In this document: one piece after another, positions 38,883-48,459 of the stretch
Position numbering within the stretch: position 1 is the first letter of the stretch
Layout of the letters: every line of letters starts with the position of its first letter
Assembly (NCBI GenBank): GCA_946563605.1
Contig: CAMNVW010000001.1
Span: 1 to 48,504, forward strand
Length of the DNA stretch: 48,504 nt
Direction of reading: 5' to 3'
Source: an uncultured Clostridia bacterium
Lineage (GTDB): Bacteria > Bacillota > Clostridia > Oscillospirales > Ruminococcaceae
The notes under the pieces: generated by a model
What the model was told of the DNA's origin: nothing
What the model saw: only the letters and a program-made list of their open reading frames with translations
The model's database searches: none
Position numbers and translations under genes: made by a program

Positions 38883-40385
38883 ATGTCAATGATTTCTATT
38901 TCCAATCTGACCTTTTGCTATGAGGGCAGTTATGAACCTGTTTTTGAAAATATTTCTGTCAATCTGGACACCGACTGGCATCTGGGACTGACCGGACGCA
39001 ACGGCAGAGGAAAGACCACCCTGCTGCGTCTGCTGCTCGGCTCGCAGGGAAAAGCGTATGGACTAAGGGAATATCAGGGCAGCGTGCAGTCGCAGGCGGC
39101 TTTCTGTTATTTTCCGGCGCCAGTCGAGCATCCCGAATGGCTGTCGCTGGAGGTGGTGCAGCAGCTGTGCCCGCACTGCCCCGAGTGGAGGATCAAAAAA
39201 GAGCTGTCGCTGCTCGAATTGGACGAGGATGCCTTGTGGCGACCGTTTGAGACCCTTTCGGGCGGCGAACAAACGAAGCTACAGCTGGCGGCGCTGTTTT
39301 TGCAGGAGGGCTCTTTTCCGCTGATTGACGAGCCGACCAATCATCTGGATGCCCAAAGCAGACAGACGGTTGCCCAATATCTGCGCCGTCAAAAGGGTTT
39401 TCTGCTGGTATCGCACGACAGAGCGTTTCTGGACGGCTGTGTGGATCATATCATGTCGCTGGACAGAACCGAGATCCAGCTGCGAAAAGGGAATTTTACC
39501 GGCTGGTATCAGGACTATCTGACGCGTGTGCAGTCTGAAAGGGAACAGAACATGAGGCTGCGCAAGGAAATCGGCAGATTGGAGCAAGCCGCCCGTCGCA
39601 CTGCGCAGTGGTCGGACAAGGTGGAGAGCAGCAAAATTGGAGAAGGACCTTGCGACAGGGGATATGTCGGTCATATGGCAGCCAAAATGATGAAGCGCTC
39701 TAAATCCATTGAAGCCCGCCGAAACGAGGCAGCAGAGGAAAAAAAGAAGCTGCTCAAAAATGTGGAAAATGTGGGTGGATTAAAGTTCCAGCCGCTCCAG
39801 CATTTTGCCAAACGTCTGGTGGAAACGCAGGAGCTTTCGGTCTGCTATGACGGCAGGGAACTGTTTTATCCGCTGACTTTTTCGGTGGAGCAGGGGGAAA
39901 AGGTGTGCCTGCGCGGAAAAAACGGCTGCGGCAAAACCAGCCTGCTTCGTTTGCTGCAAGGGGAAGATCTTGATTATACCGGCGTTTTGCACATTGCATC
40001 CGGGATGAAAATTTCGGTGGTGTCGCAGGATACCACACACCTGCGCGGCAGCTTGCAGGAATATCTGGACAAGTGCGGAGTGGAGCAAAGCCTTTGTATG
40101 TCGATTCTGCGCAACCTCGGATTTGAGCGCCGGCAGTTTGAAATCCCGATGGAGCAGTACAGCCAGGGACAAAAGAAAAAGGTGCTGATTGCGCGCAGCC
40201 TTTCCCAGCAGGCGCATCTGTACCTTTGGGATGAGCCGCTCAACTATATTGACATTTTTTCGAGGATACAGCTTGAAAAGCTGATCAAGGAGTATGACGC
40301 GACGGTTTTGTTTGTTGAGCATGATTTGCAGTTTTGCGAGAACGTCGCTACCAAGTCGCTGGAGATTTTGCGCTGTATGGAGTAA
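38883..40385 (+). CDS. ABC-F ribosomal protection protein, Lsa/CplR-like
   Basis: No TM segments; two NBDs; NLTF.YEGSY..VFEN...DTDW.LG.TGRNGRGKTT and linker GYVGH.AAKMMKRSKSIE. Confidence 0.85.
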   Translation: MSMISISNLTFCYEGSYEPVFENISVNLDTDWHLGLTGRNGRGKTTLLRLLLGSQGKAYGLREYQGSVQSQAAFCYFPAPVEHPEWLSLEVVQQLCPHCPEWRIKKELSLLELDEDALWRPFETLSGGEQTKLQLAALFLQEGSFPLIDEPTNHLDAQSRQTVAQYLRRQKGFLLVSHDRAFLDGCVDHIMSLDRTEIQLRKGNFTGWYQDYLTRVQSEREQNMRLRKEIGRLEQAARRTAQWSDKVESSKIGEGPCDRGYVGHMAAKMMKRSKSIEARRNEAAEEKKKLLKNVENVGGLKFQPLQHFAKRLVETQELSVCYDGRELFYPLTFSVEQGEKVCLRGKNGCGKTSLLRLLQGEDLDYTGVLHIASGMKISVVSQDTTHLRGSLQEYLDKCGVEQSLCMSILRNLGFERRQFEIPMEQYSQGQKKKVLIARSLSQQAHLYLWDEPLNYIDIFSRIQLEKLIKEYDATVLFVEHDLQFCENVATKSLEILRCME

Positions 40386-40446
40386 TTTTGTCATCCGCTA
40401 TCGCAGCCTTACAGCAGTGAACAACCGAGCAGAAGCAATTTTGTAA

Positions 40447-40479
40447 AAAAGCGTCAGCAGATTCCCTGCTGACGCTTTT
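40447..40479. terminator. Bidirectional terminator
   Basis: AAAAGCGTCAGCAG/CTGCTGACGCTTTT. Confidence 0.8.
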
Positions 40480-40493
40480 GGTTTTCATTCAAT

Positions 40494-40961
40494 TTAGGAC
40501 GGTGCAGATTGATTTTTTGATTTTTCGTTTCGAATCTTGCGGCTGGAAAGGCAGACAAACAAAAGAAATCCCAAGACAGAAAAGAGTATCCGTCCTTTGG
40601 TATCAATTTTCATGATAACATAACTGAGATGGGCTGCGATATCTAGCGGCAGAAAGGAAGTAAAAACGTGAACAGTCAGCAGGATGGCTGCGGTCAGATA
40701 TACGATTAAGAAGCCGAACGCCAAAACAAACAGGATTCTTTCTGCTGCCTGATGCAGCGACACTCTGCTTTTGCAAAGAACAAGCTGTCCAAACAAATAC
40801 CCTCCGAAAAAATAAGCTGCCGGAAAGAAATAAAACCAGTAGAAGATAATCCGGTAATAGGTAAAGGTTTCTGTTACTTCCTGCTGAGCCTGCCCGTAAC
40901 CCAGCAGAAGAATCAGATCAATCACAAACAAAATCAGGAAAAGGCGGTTGCTTTTTTTCAT
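40494..40961 (-). CDS. Hypothetical membrane protein (about 4 TM)
   Basis: Hydrophobic 155 aa; GAGGGG RBS. Confidence 0.65.
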   Translation of the reverse strand: MKKSNRLFLILFVIDLILLLGYGQAQQEVTETFTYYRIIFYWFYFFPAAYFFGGYLFGQLVLCKSRVSLHQAAERILFVLAFGFLIVYLTAAILLTVHVFTSFLPLDIAAHLSYVIMKIDTKGRILFSVLGFLLFVCLSSRKIRNEKSKNQSAPS

Positions 40962-41138
40962 ACGACCCCTCTTTTCATCACAACATTCCTCTTTAACAAA
41001 AGTACTACAACATTATGAAAATGTCAATGGCGTCTGTTAGTAAAGCGGTACCTTGTTGTGCCATGACAGTGCGGCAGAAAAACCAAAGCAGGATGTAATA
41101 AAAAATTTGGAGAAGGCTGCTGGGGTCGGAACGATTTT

Positions 41139-41166
41139 CACAAAATGGCTGACTTTTCATATTCTG
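41139..41166 (+). promoter_or_regulatory. Putative sigma-K/sigma-E-type mother-cell promoter
   Basis: AC-16 nt-CATATTCTG matches AC-N16/17-CATANNNT. Confidence 0.4.
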
Positions 41167-41220
41167 AAAAAGAAGAGCTTTTTATAACCTCTCTATTTTT
41201 GGACAGAAGGTGATGCAAAG

Positions 41221-42186
41221 ATGAACAACAATCAGAACAATTCCTGTACATCCCGCAATATGTCGCGTGCGACAGCGGACACACCGCAAATTTTGCCGAG
41301 TTTCCCTGATGTGGAAGGAGGCAGCGCGGCATATCCAGACAATGACCGTCCGCAGACACTGCCAATCTTCCCCGATGTGGAGGGCGGCGAACCGGCATAT
41401 CCAGACAACGACTATCCGCAGACGCTGCCAAGTTTTCCATCCATAGAAGGCGGAATGCCTGCCACACCGACGCCGGTTCCGCCGACCAACAGCCAGCCGA
41501 GCGTCCCATCGCAGAGATGCTGCCGCGTGCGGTTTTTCCACGCAGCGCCGCAGGCAGGACCTGTCAATGTGAACGTAGGATTCCAGCGCGTGGCAAGCAA
41601 TCTGGCGTTCGGCAATTTTTCCGCATATTACTGCTTCAATGAGGGCTTTTGGACGGTGAACGTCATGAACGCCCGCACCAACCGCACCAATCTTCTGCGC
41701 ACGACCATTTCGCTCAACGCAGGGGAAACACTGACTTTCGCTATCGTCAACAACGCCTCCACCGGTGCGCTGGAACTGGTGCGCATCAGCGATACGGTCT
41801 GCTCCAATGCCCTTGGAAATTTTGCCTGCATCCGCATGGCGAACCTTCTGCTCGGCGATACCGCATTGGATATGCTGATGCAGGACGGCAGAGTGCTGTT
41901 CTCGGATGTGCGCTACAAGGAAAATACCATGTCGCGCAGACTGCGTTCCGGCAGATATAATTTCTTCATCGCCAATACCCCCAGCCGTATTCAGCCGCGC
42001 ATTGTGGATGTGGAAATGGATGGCGGCGTCTACCGCGTTAGCGACCGCTATATCCCAGGATACGGCGAGCTTGACCTTGTGACTGCGCTTTCCTTGCAGG
42101 TGTGCCGCGGCATGATGTATACCGTTTATATCATCGGACAGCAAAACACCGACGAGATACAGGTCGTTGTGACAGAGAACCGATAA
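41221..42186 (+). CDS. DUF4397-like protein with N-terminal Pro-rich repeats
   Basis: RVRFFHAAPQAGPVNV domain start, tandem domains, no signal peptide. Confidence 0.7.
   Translation: MNNNQNNSCTSRNMSRATADTPQILPSFPDVEGGSAAYPDNDRPQTLPIFPDVEGGEPAYPDNDYPQTLPSFPSIEGGMPATPTPVPPTNSQPSVPSQRCCRVRFFHAAPQAGPVNVNVGFQRVASNLAFGNFSAYYCFNEGFWTVNVMNARTNRTNLLRTTISLNAGETLTFAIVNNASTGALELVRISDTVCSNALGNFACIRMANLLLGDTALDMLMQDGRVLFSDVRYKENTMSRRLRSGRYNFFIANTPSRIQPRIVDVEMDGGVYRVSDRYIPGYGELDLVTALSLQVCRGMMYTVYIIGQQNTDEIQVVVTENR
41284..41454 (+). repeat. 66-bp (22-aa) coding tandem repeat, about 2.6 copies
   Basis: PQ.LP.FP..EGG(..AYPDND.) units start at 41284, 41350 and 41416; the third is partial. Confidence 0.85.
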
Positions 42187-42190
42187 CATT

Positions 42191-42220
42191 AAAAAAGAGA
42201 GGCTTTGCCTCTCTTTTTTT
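42191..42220 (+). terminator. Rho-independent terminator
   Basis: AAAAAAGAGAGGC-ttt-GCCTCTCTTTTTT. Confidence 0.85.
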
Positions 42221-42376
42221 GATGGGCGCTAAAACATAAGTATCATAGGATGCACAGGAAAAATACGTTTCACCCCCCACGTTTACGGCGCGGACAAAAG
42301 ATTCTGCTTATTGACAGATTGCTTTTTTTATGTCAATCTAAACAGGAATCAATTTTTTATAAAAGGAGGTAGCAAT

Positions 42377-43675
42377 GTGCCTGTAAAAACCAAAGACGTT
42401 GTTGAACAGGGGATGAAGCAGGTGTTTTTGCCGGCAATCATCATGATTTTTGCGGCGCAGCTCAATCTCAACCTGCTCATCAATGGCTTTAAGATTTCTC
42501 TGGCGGTGATCTGCCTGCCGATTTTTATGTTTTTGTTTGAGGATTTTTTGGCGGTTCCGGTTACCTTGATAACAGCTCCTGGTATTTTGGTGATGCGGTG
42601 TTTGATCGAATGGCTGACCACCGGTACTTCGTTTGTGTCAGCAGCAGAAAACTATGCGCCGGAAATGGTGTTTTATCTGTGCTACGGCGGCTTGTTCGCA
42701 CTGTACACCCATTTTATAAAGCTCGACCATTTCAGCGGGGTGCGCCTGCTGCCGCTGGTTGCGGTGGATATGATATCCAATATTGCGGAACTATTGGTGC
42801 GCACCGGCGGAGGAGCATTTCATCGGGAGGTTTTGCTGCGGCTGCTGATTGTCGGCGTGGGCAGGACAGCGCTTGCCGCAGTTTGTTTAGCGGCATTTGA
42901 CGCATACGGACTGTTTATCCTGCGAAAGGATGAGCGTCTGCGTTACCGCAGACTGCTGCTGCTGACCTCGCAGCTGAAAAGCGAGATGATTTGGATGAAC
43001 AAAAACACCTCCCACATTGAGGAAACGATGGCAGTTTCGTATAGCCTGTACAATGATTTAAACGGGATAGACCATCCGCTCGCAAAAGAAGCGGCGCAAA
43101 AGGCTCTGACGGTGGCAAAGGATATTCACGAGGTCAAAAAAGAATACTATCTGATTATGAACGGCATTTCGGATGCGCTCAGCACCGATCAGGAAGAAAA
43201 CGGGATGTGGATGAAAAACGTTTTTGAAATGATGCAGGAAAGTGCGCGCCATCTTTTTGGAAATAACGGACAGAACATCAAAATCGACATTCAGCTGGAA
43301 AAAAACTTTTATACGGACAAGCATTATTATCTGATGTCGGTGCTGCGCAACCTCATCAATAATGCGGCGGAAGCCGCAGGAGAGCATCATGCGCGCATTG
43401 TGCTTTCGGAAAGGGAAGAGGACGGAAACTGTGTGATCCGCGTGCACGATGACTGCGGCGGAATCGACGAGGAATATCTGCCGACCATCTTTGAACCGGG
43501 TTTTTCTACGAAAATCAATTTTGAAACGGGTCAGGTCAGCCGAGGTTTGGGACTGAGCTTGGTGAAGGATATTGTGGAATCGCAGCTGGGCGGCAGCATT
43601 GCAGTTGCATCGGAAAACGGCTGCACCGATTTTGTGATTCGAATTCCAAAGAAAAATCTGGAAGCGGCGGCATAA
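42377..43675 (+). CDS. Sensor histidine kinase (GlnK/YcbA-like)
   Basis: TM N-terminus, H-box DIHEVKK, NLINNA, D.CGGI, FEPGFSTK, GLGLS; GTG start after AGGAGG. Confidence 0.88.
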   Translation: MPVKTKDVVEQGMKQVFLPAIIMIFAAQLNLNLLINGFKISLAVICLPIFMFLFEDFLAVPVTLITAPGILVMRCLIEWLTTGTSFVSAAENYAPEMVFYLCYGGLFALYTHFIKLDHFSGVRLLPLVAVDMISNIAELLVRTGGGAFHREVLLRLLIVGVGRTALAAVCLAAFDAYGLFILRKDERLRYRRLLLLTSQLKSEMIWMNKNTSHIEETMAVSYSLYNDLNGIDHPLAKEAAQKALTVAKDIHEVKKEYYLIMNGISDALSTDQEENGMWMKNVFEMMQESARHLFGNNGQNIKIDIQLEKNFYTDKHYYLMSVLRNLINNAAEAAGEHHARIVLSEREEDGNCVIRVHDDCGGIDEEYLPTIFEPGFSTKINFETGQVSRGLGLSLVKDIVESQLGGSIAVASENGCTDFVIRIPKKNLEAAA

Positions 43676-43703
43676 GATTTTGCACAGAGAAACGGAGGTT
43701 AAC

Positions 43704-44591
43704 ATGAAGATTTATTTGATTGATGATGATGCAAACATCTGCAACATTTTAAAGATTATCATTCAGCAGAAAAAATTGGGCGAGGTCTGCGGAACAGCCT
43801 CCAACGGAGTGGATGCGATGGAGGATCTGGAGTATGTGAAGCCAGACATTGTCATCGTCGATCTGCTTATGCCGATTATGGACGGCATCAACTTTGTGAA
43901 AAAGGCAAAGGAGCAGTATCCTGACATCAGCTATGTCATGCTCTCGCAGGTCAGCAGCAAAGAAATGATCAGTCAGGCGTACGAGTGCGGCGTGACCTTT
44001 TTTATCCAAAAACCGGTCAACAGTGTGGAGGTGGTTCGTGTACTGACGAATATGATAGATTCCATTCAGATGCGCCGCACCTTTAACCAGATGCAGTCGC
44101 TCTTTTTAAAAGATTCACCTGCCGGAACACAGCCGTCTGCGGCAGTTCCCCAGTTGTACCCGACGGGGGAGAGAGCCGCACAGCCGGAAGAAAAACAGCA
44201 TATCAAGCGGCTGCGGGCAATTTTGCAGCGCTTGGGAATCCTTGGTGAAAGCGGAAGCGCCGACATTATCACACTGGTGGATTATATGGTGGAGCATGGC
44301 GCAGAATCCGGTAAGTTTACCGTTTCGGAGTTGTGCAACCGTTTTAGTCCAAATAATGCAAAGTCGATGGAACAGCGCATCCGCCGTGCAGTTAACGCAG
44401 GGCTGAGCAATCTTGCCAACATGGGAATCGAGGATTACTCCAACAGCACCTTCCACGATTTTGCAGGCTCGGTATACAGCTTTGAGCAGATACGAAAGGA
44501 AATGGACTACATCAGGGGAAAATCCGACAACCATGGAAAGGTTTCGCTGAAAAACTTTTTGAATACACTGGTTTTCCTTTGTACAAACTAA
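43704..44591 (+). CDS. Response regulator with YcbB-type output domain (GlnL-like)
   Basis: IDDD, DLLMPIMDG, LSQVSSKEM, KP, LGI.GESGS.D, EQRIRRA. Confidence 0.88.
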   Translation: MKIYLIDDDANICNILKIIIQQKKLGEVCGTASNGVDAMEDLEYVKPDIVIVDLLMPIMDGINFVKKAKEQYPDISYVMLSQVSSKEMISQAYECGVTFFIQKPVNSVEVVRVLTNMIDSIQMRRTFNQMQSLFLKDSPAGTQPSAAVPQLYPTGERAAQPEEKQHIKRLRAILQRLGILGESGSADIITLVDYMVEHGAESGKFTVSELCNRFSPNNAKSMEQRIRRAVNAGLSNLANMGIEDYSNSTFHDFAGSVYSFEQIRKEMDYIRGKSDNHGKVSLKNFLNTLVFLCTN

Positions 44592-44698
44592 CCGGATTGA
44601 ATCTGGACACAATTCGCGTTGTCGGTTAAGTGCGAATTTGTAACCCTCGCTCTCGCGTAGGTCGCTCAGCTTCCGGCTTCGCTCGTTGGAGCAAAAAT

Positions 44699-45505
44699 AA
44701 AGTTTTACTCAATTTTTTTCAAAAAATTGTCCAGTCCAGAGTGAAACTCTGGTCGCTCATCGCAATGAGCGAAACACTTTTATCGTCAGGCGCTCCTTGG
44801 GAGAGCTCGATAGGAGATTTGCCGTTTTGGCTACGCCAAATGCCGCCAATCCGATATGGCGGCAAGGCAAACTCCAGAAGTAAATGCGAAGCATTTACTT
44901 CCCACTTTCTTGCAAGAGAAAAGGTTCTCGAAAACTGACAGTAATATCAATCTACCCTTCAAAAATTATCCAGTGGATGATTTTGGACAGTATAGACTTT
45001 TTCTTATATAAACAAGCTGCCTGCGGATGCAGGCAGGGTACTGCCGTACCACAGCAACGAAACGGCTATTGAGCCCCGCACGATTTTTTTATTTTATATT
45101 TTGGGTTGAGGGGTGTTTCGCTCGTTGCAAAGATCAAATCAAGGCAGAACAGATTTTTCAGATATAAGCAAGCTGCCTGCGGATGCAGGCAGGGTACTGC
45201 CGTACCCCAGCAACGAAACGGCTTTTGAGCCTCGCACGATTTTTTTATTTTATATTTTGGGTTGAAAGGCATTTCGCTCGTTGCAAAGATCAAATCAAGG
45301 CAGAACAGAGTTTTTTGATACAAGCAAGCTGCCTGCGGACGCAGGCAGGGTACTACCGTACCACAGCATCGAAACGGCTTTTGAGCCTCGCACGATTTTT
45401 TTATTTTATATTTTTGTTTGAGGGGTGTTTCGCTCGTTGCGACGAGCGAGCAGGCGCTCTGCTCCTGCACCTCGCAATTTTTTGAAAAAAATTGAGTAAA
45501 ACTTT
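44699..45505. repeat. REP/MITE-like composite bounded by perfect 31-bp inverted repeats
   Basis: 44699-44729 (AAAGTTTTACTCAATTTTTTTCAAAAAATTG) is the exact reverse complement of 45475-45505. Confidence 0.8.
45013..45440. repeat. 156-bp tandem repeat (~2.7 copies) with internal palindromes
   Basis: CAAGCTGCCTGCGGAYGCAGGCAGGGTACT units start at 45013, 45169 and 45325. Confidence 0.9.
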
Positions 45506-45827
45506 TGGTTTTGAAACAAGCAAGAATCATAAGCGTAGACAAATGTTGAATATTTTTAGACAAAACACTGAAATTGATATTTGAACAAGACAAGAAAAAT
45601 AAGGTTTTCTTTGTACATACCGCACTGTATCGAAAGCTGTAAGTCAACAAGTTTCACAAAGTTACAGTTTTTTGAATTTTTCCAAAGAAAAAAATTGTAA
45701 CTTTTTGTAGTTTTGTAAATCCAGTCAATATAATGAAAACATAATCTGTTGCAGAATTCACAAAATAAAAATGTCCCCAACTTTGTTGTCGGGGAAGTCA
45801 AAAAGTTTGTTACGGAGGTTTTCGTTT

Positions 45828-46886
45828 ATGATGACAATTTTTTCAGGGGTAGGTTTGCTGCTTCTGACACTTGCAGTATTTTCCTTGTTCAGCATCAAAT
45901 TCCCAAAGGGCAGCCAAGCGATGTCCGGTCTTGCGAATGCAGCGGTCGCATCCTTTTTGGTGGAGGCGGTTCACAAGTATATCACCGGCGACCTGCTGGG
46001 CATTGCTTTCTTAGGGGAAGTCGGCGCGACAGCAGGCAGCTTGAGCGGTGTAGCGGCAGGTATCATGGTTCCGTTGAGCATGGGTGTAAATCCGGTGTTT
46101 GCGGTTGTAGCAGGTCTTGCCTGCGGCGGCTATGGAATCCTGCCAGGCTTTATCGCCGGTTATCTCATCGGTTTGGTTGCTCCTTATGTTGAAAAATATC
46201 TGCCGGTGGGTCTTGATATCATCCTCGGCGCACTGACACTCGCACCGCTTGCAAGAGTGATTGCTTTTGCAGTTGACCCTGCGGTCAATTCGGTGCTTGG
46301 CGTAATCGGCAATACCATTTCCGCCGCAGCTGCACAGTCTCCGCTGGTGATGGGCTTCCTGCTCGGCGGTATTATGAAGATGATCTGTACTTCTCCGCTC
46401 AGCTCGATGGCGCTGACCGCAATGCTGGGGCTCACCGGTCTGCCGATGGGTATTGCGGCGATTGCGTGCTTTGGCGGTTCCTTTACCAATGGAATGGTCT
46501 TTTACAAAATGGGCTACGGAGACAGAAGCAACATCATCGCAGTGATGCTCGAACCATTGACACAGGCACATATTGTTACCAAGCATCCAATCCCGATTTT
46601 TGCGTCCAACTTCTTTGGCGGCGGTCTTGCAGGACTTGCGGCTGCGGCACTCGGCATTGTCAATAACGCGCCTGGCACAGCCTCCCCCATCCCTGGTCTG
46701 ATTGCACCGTTTGGCTTTAATCCGGCAGGCAAAGTGATACTGGCGCTGGTTCTTGCGGCGGCAGGAGGTCTGTTTGCAGGTTTTGTCGGCGGCGAAGTAT
46801 TCAGCCGCCTGGGGGGACGCAAAAAAGCGCAGACCGTTTACGGCGACCCGCTTGCGGATGACGACGAAGAAGCATTTAACATATAG
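45828..46886 (+). CDS. PTS EIIC-like (EIIC_2-type) membrane permease
   Basis: Very hydrophobic, Gly/Ala-rich; GILPGFIAGY, TSPLSSMALTA, EPLTQA, GTASPIPG. Confidence 0.75.
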   Translation: MMTIFSGVGLLLLTLAVFSLFSIKFPKGSQAMSGLANAAVASFLVEAVHKYITGDLLGIAFLGEVGATAGSLSGVAAGIMVPLSMGVNPVFAVVAGLACGGYGILPGFIAGYLIGLVAPYVEKYLPVGLDIILGALTLAPLARVIAFAVDPAVNSVLGVIGNTISAAAAQSPLVMGFLLGGIMKMICTSPLSSMALTAMLGLTGLPMGIAAIACFGGSFTNGMVFYKMGYGDRSNIIAVMLEPLTQAHIVTKHPIPIFASNFFGGGLAGLAAAALGIVNNAPGTASPIPGLIAPFGFNPAGKVILALVLAAAGGLFAGFVGGEVFSRLGGRKKAQTVYGDPLADDDEEAFNI

Positions 46887-46953
46887 TTCGGGAGAATTTT
46901 CATTGGAAGTTACCCAGTCACATATTGTTGTTTGTAAGACCGTAAAATAATGA

Positions 46954-46982
46954 AAAGGCGTGACCTTCATGGTCACGCCTTT
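46954..46982. terminator. Bidirectional terminator
   Basis: AAAGGCGTGACC/GGTCACGCCTTT. Confidence 0.8.
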
Positions 46983-47010
46983 AGTATTCGTTTGAGAAAG
47001 TAAAATTGAT

Positions 47011-47478
47011 CTAAACATTTCTGATAGGAAAAAACATATAGTTTTTTCCCGTTTTAGGGCAAGTAAAATCATGTACTGCACCAACTAATGGGATATTATT
47101 TTCGTGCATGTATCCAAGTACCTGTGAAAAAGTATTTTCATTTTCACATTCAACATAAATATATTCATAGCTTGGAATGATCCATTTTGTCCATCCTTTC
47201 GGTGCTTCAGCATTATCATCACACTCAACACCTGCAAGATATAAACCTTTACTAAAGTTATCTTCCCACGGCTGAAATGAGCGAGATAAATCAGACATTG
47301 CTCCCCAAATTCCAATGATATTTCCGTGTTCATCTTTTTTGGATAATGGTTGTACCTCGCTAAAATGAGTATTTGCATCTGCCCATAATCTCTGAATAAA
47401 GTCAGCTCCATCCAAAGTAGAACCTTCCTTACCGATTACTGCAAATGATTTCTTTACGCATTTTTCTATTTTCATCAT
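47011..47478 (-). CDS. GyrI-like small-molecule-binding domain protein
   Basis: F.VIGKEGST, LW..AN.HF, YLAGVE, P.GWTKW.IP, MFFPI; ATG after GGAGAGGTG. Confidence 0.8.
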   Translation of the reverse strand: MMKIEKCVKKSFAVIGKEGSTLDGADFIQRLWADANTHFSEVQPLSKKDEHGNIIGIWGAMSDLSRSFQPWEDNFSKGLYLAGVECDDNAEAPKGWTKWIIPSYEYIYVECENENTFSQVLGYMHENNIPLVGAVHDFTCPKTGKNYMFFPIRNV

Positions 47479-47631
47479 AACACCTCTCCAAATCCCGATT
47501 AGTCGTTTTATTTGCTTCATATTATCACATGACAGGATCAAATACAAGCACAGCCCCAGCAGTGAAAACTGTTGGAGCTGTTAACTGTCGTCTGAACACC
47601 GCGCTTTTTATGCGGCAAAATTTGCGTATGG

Positions 47632-48459
47632 TTATGATGGGTCCTGCAAAAGCGCAAGGGTAAGCGAATTTTGGTCGGTGCGGTCGCACAGCAGATGATA
47701 AAGCATCACGCCGCCAAGGTGGTTTTCCTTTGCGTAAGCGGATTTCTGCGCCGCAAGGGATGGCGAATTAAAGGAAAAATCCTCGAAAATATTGGGGTCG
47801 TCCGGCGAAACGGCGCTGAGGTCGATGTCCCGATACAGCAGCCACTGTGCCGAAGCATCAAAGGGACGACCATAAGCAGGCACGCCGAGCATCAGCTGAT
47901 TCGGCTGAAATCCCATCGACAGGAAGAAGTCAACGGCATCCTGCGCGGTCTGCATGGTGCTGTGAAAACCCTGTTCGTCAAACTGGTCGTAAGCCATGAC
48001 GTTGACAAAATCGAGTGCAGAGACAGCCTCACGGGAAAGGTTCACCTGCTGCGGATAGAGCGCGACAGACAGTTTGATTTTCTCTCTGAAGCGGTCTTGC
48101 AGCACCGTGAGCCACGCGGAAAAATCCTCCCATTCATCTGCAAGCGGAAATTCCCAGTCGATATCGATGCCGGAAAGGTGGTATTCACAGGCAAAATCAT
48201 AGAGCGTCTGCGCAAGTGCGGTGCGCTTTTCGGCGGTATCGATGGTATTTCCTGCGGTTTCACTGCGGATGAGCGCACCTTTGGGATTGACCGTACACCA
48301 CAAATCGATTTTTCCGTCCAATGCCTTTGCAGTGCGGACAAAGTCCTCCGAAATTTCCAGCGCACCCGATTCGTTCCAATAAACACCGGTGTTGAGGATG
48401 AGATAATCGAGGGCGTTCAGATTCCGGCGGTATTCCGTTAAAAAGGCTCCGGCAAATAA
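47632..48459 (-). pseudogene. Glycoside hydrolase family 18, 5' end apparently disrupted
   Basis: Catalytic GIDIDWEFP, NVMAYD, LGVPAYGR, LGGVM.Y. The frame is open to 48459 with no RBS-supported start, and stops lie immediately upstream. Confidence 0.6.

Noticed and set aside
45013-45440. CRISPR array
   Set aside because: Units are near-identical over the whole 156 bp with no unique spacers, and there are no cas genes.
45066-45650. 194-aa ORF with repeated Cys motifs (and the overlapping 45183-45485 ORF)
   Set aside because: Arises from translating a 156-bp repeat (a multiple of 3); no RBS or protein-like features.
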